From SAR202 cluster bacterium (GTDB taxonomy: Bacteria > Chloroflexota > Dehalococcoidia > Lucifugimonadales > UBA1123): 64,000 bases of DNA. Positions within the stretch are counted from its first letter, which is position 1. Each line of letters opens with the position of its first letter. The notes beneath the pieces are model-generated. The model did no database searches, had not been told where the DNA came from, and saw nothing but the letters and a program-made list of their open reading frames with translations. The stretch covers positions 17,096 to 81,095 of the forward strand of contig JASMDM010000044.1 of NCBI GenBank assembly GCA_030752795.1. The letters are read 5' to 3'. The translations under genes were made by a program, and so were the position numbers. Positions 59,895 through 64,000 of this stretch are shown here, one piece after another.

Positions 59895-59983
59895 TGAAAA
59901 CTGGCTTGGCCCTGGTGGCGATAAACAGAATAAGTGGCGCGGAACGAGATTTGTCATTCAAAGGCCGCAGCCGAAGAATCTAG
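59895..59983. repeat. extended half copy of the GGCGATAAAC...GTCATTC-GAGGCCGCAGCCGAAGAATCT repeat, forward orientation
   Basis: ...CCCTGGTGGCGATAAACAGAATAAGTGGCGCGGAACGAGATTTGTCATTCAAAGGCCGCAGCCGAAGAATCTAG aligns with the reverse complements of 60225-60310 and 63765-63850. Confidence 0.65.
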
Positions 59984-60114
59984 TCGCTGAACACACTGCT
60001 TCGCCTGAGCAACCCAAACAGCAACCCAAACGCTTCTTTCCTCCGGGGGTATCCATCACGGCAAGAAACGTTGAGCACAACGTGTCGGGTTAGTGACCAT
60101 AACGGCTGAAGCGA

Positions 60115-60310
60115 CGCTTGAGTGAGGGCGGCCTTTCGACGAGCTTCCAAGTAACGGCGCCTCATTTCGCCATCCTGAGCCTCAGCGAAGGATCTGGTCG
60201 TATGCGAAAAATGTCTCCCTGCGCGGCCCAAGATTCTTCGGCTGCGGCCTCAGAATGACACACATTGTCCGGCGCTACTTATTTCGTTTATCGCCATAAA
60301 GACCAGAGCG
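60115..60310. repeat. full mosaic repeat: inverted counterpart of 39937..40085 plus the GGCGATAAAC extension
   Basis: ...GAGCTTCCAAGTAACGGCGCCTCATTTCGCCATCCTGAGCCTCAGCGAAGGATCTGGTCGTATGCGAAAAATGTCTCCCTGCGCGGCCCAAGATTCTTCGGCTGCGGCCTCAGAATGACACACATTGTCCGGCGCTACTTATTTCGTTTATCGCCATAAAGACCAGAGCG. Confidence 0.75.
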
Positions 60311-60459
60311 CCAATGAGGACGTGGAGCCGGCCGTGGTCGCCTATGTTCATATCAACCACATCGGATAGCGTCCGATAATTCAAACGCGATTGCCGACAC
60401 GCTCGTTCGCGTTGATCGGTCGTCGGGGTGGTGATATCCTTGGCCCGCCGGATGGCGCA

Positions 60460-62205
60460 ATGCCGGCGAAAACCTTGTTTCGACACCGGAGGACTACATT
60501 GAGTACACCCACCGTCACGACCGTCACCAAGACCGAGGCCAGAGCCGCTGGCGGGATGGTGGCCACTAAACACGTCTACGCGACTGAAGCCGGCCTCGAG
60601 ATGCTCCGAGCCGGAGGCAACGCTGTCGATGCCGCCGTTGCCGCGTGCTTCGCTGTTGGCGTCGTGGAACCGGAATCCAGCGGAATCGGCGGGGGCGGAT
60701 ATCTCGTATACGAGGTGGGCGCACGGGGCGGCGTGTTCGGCTTCCCGATGCGCGGGCCGTTGGCGGCGACTCCGGACATGTACGAGCTCACCGGCGAAGA
60801 GTCGGTGGGCGGTTTCGGTTGGGCAGGGGTGACCGACAACGCCAACATCGAGGGCTACCGCTCCATCGCGACCCCCGGGGCCGTATCGGGTCTCTGCCTG
60901 GCCCACTCGCGCCTGGGCAAGCTGCCGCTCGTCGAGGTCTTGGCGCCGGCAGTTCGGCTGGCGCGCGAAGGCTATTCTCTCGGATGGCACAACCTCTACG
61001 CACGAGGCAATCAAGCGGGAATGCTCTTCAAGTACGACGAACTCCGGCGCGTCATGATGCCGGGCGGACAGATGCCCGTGCGGAGAGGCCTCAACGAGGC
61101 GCGCGTGTGCAATCCTGAGCTCGCCAACATCCTCGAGGCGATCGGTCGAGACGGACCGGATGCCTACTACAAAGGCGATTTCGCCAAGGCGCTGGTCGCC
61201 GACATCCAGGCGAACGGCGGAATCCTGTCCGAGCGGGACCTAGCCGAGTACAAGCCGTTCGTGTGGGACAGCGGCCTCGAATTCGACTATCGCGGTCTGC
61301 GAATCAGGGTGCCTCCGTACGCGAGCGCCGGCATCACCAGCGCGATGACGCTGAAGCTGCTCGAAGGCTTCGACGTGTCGTCGATGGGGCACAACAGCGT
61401 CGACATGCTTCACGCCTACATATCGTCCGCGCGGCTCGCGTACGCCGATCGATTCGAATACCTCGCCGATCCCGAGTTCGCCGACGTTCCGTGGAATGGG
61501 TTGGTATCCGACGATTACACCGCACGCCGTCAGCAGGAGATCGACATGGCGAGTCTCGTCCGGGCCACCCCAGGTGACCCGTGGCGAGAAGAAGGTCGCG
61601 AGTCGACGTCGATGCTCGCGGCTAGCGCCCCGGCCCTCGACAATGGGACGACACACTTGTGCGCCATGGACGCCGACGGCAACGCGGTCTCGCTGACGAA
61701 CACCGTCATGTCCGGGTTCGGCTCCGGAATCATCCCGAAGGGATCTGGCGTGGTGATGAACAACGGCATGATGTGGTACGACCCTGTGCCGGGACGCGTG
61801 AACTCGATCATGCCCGGCAAGTTCCCGCTGAACAACATGACCCCGATGCTCGCGATGGACGGCTCCGGCGTCAAGCTCGCGGTCGGCGCTTCGGGCGGAC
61901 GCATGATCACCAACTGCGTCACGCAGCTTTTGGTCAAGATCATGGACTTTGGCATGGGACCGCAAGCCGCGATCGACTCGCCTCGCGTCGATTGCAGCCT
62001 GGCGCAAACCCTGATCGACCCGAGGCTGGACGCCAGCGTCGTCTCCGAACTCGAGTCCCGAGGACACCGACTGCGCCCGATCAGCGGCGAGTTCCAGGCC
62101 GGCTTCACGACGTTCGCCAGCCCAGTCGTGATCTTGCGAGAGGCGCCGGATTCGTTCCGCGCCGGCGTCGACACGTTCCACTCGGCGTACGCTGAGGGGG
62201 TGTAG
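60460..62205 (+). CDS. ggt: gamma-glutamyltransferase
   Basis: ...GGMVATKHVYATEAGLEMLRAGGNAVDAAVA...SGIGGGGYL...DNGTTHLCAMDADGNAVSLTNT (autoprocessing Thr)...SGFGSGI...GASGG. The start is uncertain between 60391 and 60460. Confidence 0.93.
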   Translation: MPAKTLFRHRRTTLSTPTVTTVTKTEARAAGGMVATKHVYATEAGLEMLRAGGNAVDAAVAACFAVGVVEPESSGIGGGGYLVYEVGARGGVFGFPMRGPLAATPDMYELTGEESVGGFGWAGVTDNANIEGYRSIATPGAVSGLCLAHSRLGKLPLVEVLAPAVRLAREGYSLGWHNLYARGNQAGMLFKYDELRRVMMPGGQMPVRRGLNEARVCNPELANILEAIGRDGPDAYYKGDFAKALVADIQANGGILSERDLAEYKPFVWDSGLEFDYRGLRIRVPPYASAGITSAMTLKLLEGFDVSSMGHNSVDMLHAYISSARLAYADRFEYLADPEFADVPWNGLVSDDYTARRQQEIDMASLVRATPGDPWREEGRESTSMLAASAPALDNGTTHLCAMDADGNAVSLTNTVMSGFGSGIIPKGSGVVMNNGMMWYDPVPGRVNSIMPGKFPLNNMTPMLAMDGSGVKLAVGASGGRMITNCVTQLLVKIMDFGMGPQAAIDSPRVDCSLAQTLIDPRLDASVVSELESRGHRLRPISGEFQAGFTTFASPVVILREAPDSFRAGVDTFHSAYAEGV

Positions 62206-62254
62206 GCCGCCTATCCCGCAGATAGCTAACTTGGCGCCAACCGAGACAATCGGG

Positions 62255-62288
62255 CTAAACAAAACTGGCGGCGCAAATCGCGCGCCAG
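62255..62288 (-). terminator. candidate rho-independent terminator of the DUF4097 gene
   Basis: Minus strand: CTGGCGCGCG-atttg-CGCCGCCAG (stem with one bulge), followed by TTTTGTTT. Confidence 0.45.
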
Positions 62289-62354
62289 TAAAGACTCGAT
62301 TCAGTTTTCGCCGCGACTACTCGACGACGATGTCGCCGTCGCCGACACGGACGG

Positions 62355-63151
62355 TCAACGCCGCATCGCCGGCCCCACGGTTCCGGCGAACCGATGCTCT
62401 GTATTTTCGACCACCGTCTCGGAAAGCTCGACCCGAATTTTCCCTTCTTGTTCGATCTTGAGGTCGAGATCGACGCTCGGTGTACCGGTCAATTGCGCCG
62501 TTACAGATCCGCTGCCTGACGAGAACTTATTCTCGCTGCCTTGAGCCAGCTCGCCTTTGAAATCGACGTCGCCGCTGCCAGAGCTCAGCCCGAAGCTGCC
62601 CTCCAAGTCACGCGCATCGACATCGCCGCTGCCGGTGCTGAGCGTAACGTCGCCTCCGGTGTTCACCAGCGTTAGCGATCCGCTGCCCGAGTTCACGCTT
62701 CCTGACGCGTTCACCGCAGGCACGTCAACGTCGCCGCTGCCGGTTGACAACGAGAACGTGGTGTCCGCGGGAACTGTAATCGTCACGTCCGCGCGGCTGT
62801 TGTTTTTGGTCTTCGCGATGACGGTAATCGTGTTGCCGTCCCGAGTCGCGCTGTATTCGATGCTTTCCGGCTTCCGCAACTCGGCGGTCACCGTGATGCT
62901 GTCGGCGGGTCCAAGAATCAATTCCACGTCGCCGTTCCCGATATCGGTGTTCACAGCCGGATTCGACCCAACGCCGAACATGTCCGCCTTGGTTTCCGTG
63001 GCGCCGCCTCCAATCGAAATCCCAACGGACGACCGCAAGCGACCATCGATATCGCCGCCAACGATCCGATCAACGTCAGTGCCGCGGCTCGCCTCAGCCG
63101 GCTTCCAAAAAGCCGTCGTATGGGTTGGTTCCGATCCTCGTTAGTCGACAT
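62355..63151 (-). pseudogene. DUF4097-like beta-repeat lipoprotein (putative adhesin fold) with a frame break just after the lipobox
   Basis: ATG 63151 opens MSTNEDRNQPIRRLFGSRLRRAAALTLIGSLAAISMVACG (signal peptide plus lipobox) and then runs into junk. The adjacent frame, from about 63038, reads RSSVGISIGGGATETKADMF...SGSGDVDVPA...SGSGSLTL...TGSGDVDARD...SGSGDVDFKG...SGSGSVTAQ. The switch lies at about 63020-63038. Confidence 0.7.
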
Positions 63152-63273
63152 GGCATAACCTCCAGGCTCGCTGCCCCATATGATGCGATCCGTGCGCGTC
63201 TTTCGATTTGGCTACACTTGGACGCTATCATCGAGCACGGCGCCGATCACCATCACCCCGACCGATCTCGCCA

Positions 63274-63311
63274 CGATAAAACGGTCGACGCAGTGGTCGA
63301 CCGTTTTATCG
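63274..63311. promoter_or_regulatory. perfect 16-bp inverted repeat with a 6-nt spacer, upstream of the DUF4097 gene; candidate operator or RNA hairpin
   Basis: CGATAAAACGGTCGAC-gcagtg-GTCGACCGTTTTATCG, lying 123-160 nt upstream of start codon 63151. Confidence 0.35.
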
Positions 63312-63764
63312 AGGACGGTAGTCCGTTTGGGGGAGTGCAACTGGCGCTACCCGGAGTATTTGGGCTCGAATCGACGGCATTAGCGAGGCGGGAAGACATC
63401 GACATGTCATCGAACATCGGACTGTCGCCGTGCTCGAGATGCGAGGCGAAACGACTCGAGCAGTTTTCGGCAAGGACAGGGCACACTTCGAGTCGTTTGC
63501 CAACCTGGTCGCCATCTGTACGCGTATCATCGATTCCTGATGGCTAGGCCGATTGATGCTGCATAGACTGAGATGCACTACATCTCTCGGTTGCCCTTTT
63601 AGACCCGATGCGTAGGCAGCGATGTCACTTCTTTTATCGAGTCAGTCCGGCATTTGCTCCATACGAAAGATCGAGCAGGCGCTCCTCTTCCGCCGTGTAT
63701 TGCGCGATCATCGAGCTCTCGGAGAGTACGCTTGTGCGTCGTGCGGTAACAGTGCGTGTTCAGT

Positions 63765-63850
63765 GACCAGATTCTTCGGCTGCGGCCTCTGAATGACACA
63801 TATTATTCGCGCAACCTAATCTGTTTATCGCCACAAGGGCCAGAGCACCA
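63765..63850. repeat. extended half copy of the GTCATTC...GGCGATAAAC repeat, reverse orientation
   Basis: GACCAGATTCTTCGGCTGCGGCCTCTGAATGACACATATTATTCGCGCAACCTAATCTGTTTATCGCCACAAGGGCCAGAGCACC parallels 60225-60310. Confidence 0.6.
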
Positions 63851-63938
63851 CGTGGGCCGGCGGGCTCGGGCTTCAAAGCCGGCCCGGTAACCCGTCTTCT
63901 TGCCGTTGTCGGTTTTCGCCAAACAACCGATGAATCTT

Positions 63939-64000
63939 TTACTCGGGTACCGACGCCATCATTGGCTCGATGTCGACGAGCTCTTTCACGAGCAACGCGA
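63939..64000 (-). CDS. 3' end (about 20 codons) of an unidentified gene entering from the right edge
   Basis: The minus strand reads ...ALLVKELVDIEPMMASVPE-TAA (stop at 63939-63941). It is too short to identify. Confidence 0.3.
   Translation of the reverse strand, partial: ALLVKELVDIEPMMASVPE

Noticed and set aside
63125-63578. Track ORFs 63125..63547 (+), 63253..63486 (-) and 63306..63578 (-), examined as possible PadR-like regulators upstream of the DUF4097 gene.
   Set aside because: I translated all three minus-strand frames by hand and read the track translation of the plus-strand ORF. None shows a winged-helix PadR pattern or any other motif, and the frames overlap each other.

Overview
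GC-rich, gene-dense bacterial chromosomal segment with about 60 protein genes on both strands. I found no rRNA, CRISPR array, transposase or phage genes. Housekeeping genes (argS, cca, cinA, rarA, coaE, hpt, trxA, ggt, AdoMet decarboxylase plus agmatinase, cysteine desulfurase) are mixed with catabolic families: IlvD/Edd dehydratase, enolase-superfamily dehydratase, two amidohydrolases, SDR, RidA domains, LLM oxidoreductase, MBL hydrolase, HpcH aldolase, split ThDP decarboxylase and two MFS transporters. This content and the palindromic repeat families suggest a marine Chloroflexota (SAR202-like) genome, but that is low-confidence inference.

The main result is a selenocysteine-decoding trait that the six-frame ORF track hides:
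- selC, a tRNA-Sec with anticodon UCA, at 54920-55017.
- selA at 28431-29813.
- selD, itself a selenoprotein with an in-frame TGA at 12270-12272.
- A TGA-interrupted ORF pair at 55744-56286. It joins into a 180-aa U-G-S-C motif selenoprotein with a textbook SECIS hairpin. It is probably co-transcribed with a conserved 343-aa protein of unknown function and lies about 0.7 kb from selC and trxA. I consider this trxA-selC-UGSC-partner neighbourhood the best candidate for an uncharacterised system.

Other notable items:
- A tight coaE / CbbQ-NorQ AAA ATPase / CoA-type Nudix / 1094-aa VWA (NorD/CbbO-like) operon.
- Three consecutive RidA domains, which could give a single-chain pseudo-trimer.
- An HPRT with a roughly 140-aa N-terminal extension.
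- Several mosaic palindromic repeat families.
- At least six genes disrupted by in-frame TAA codons or 1-nt frame breaks, meaning either gene decay or assembly error.

All calls rest on my own reading of the translations and DNA. No database search was run.
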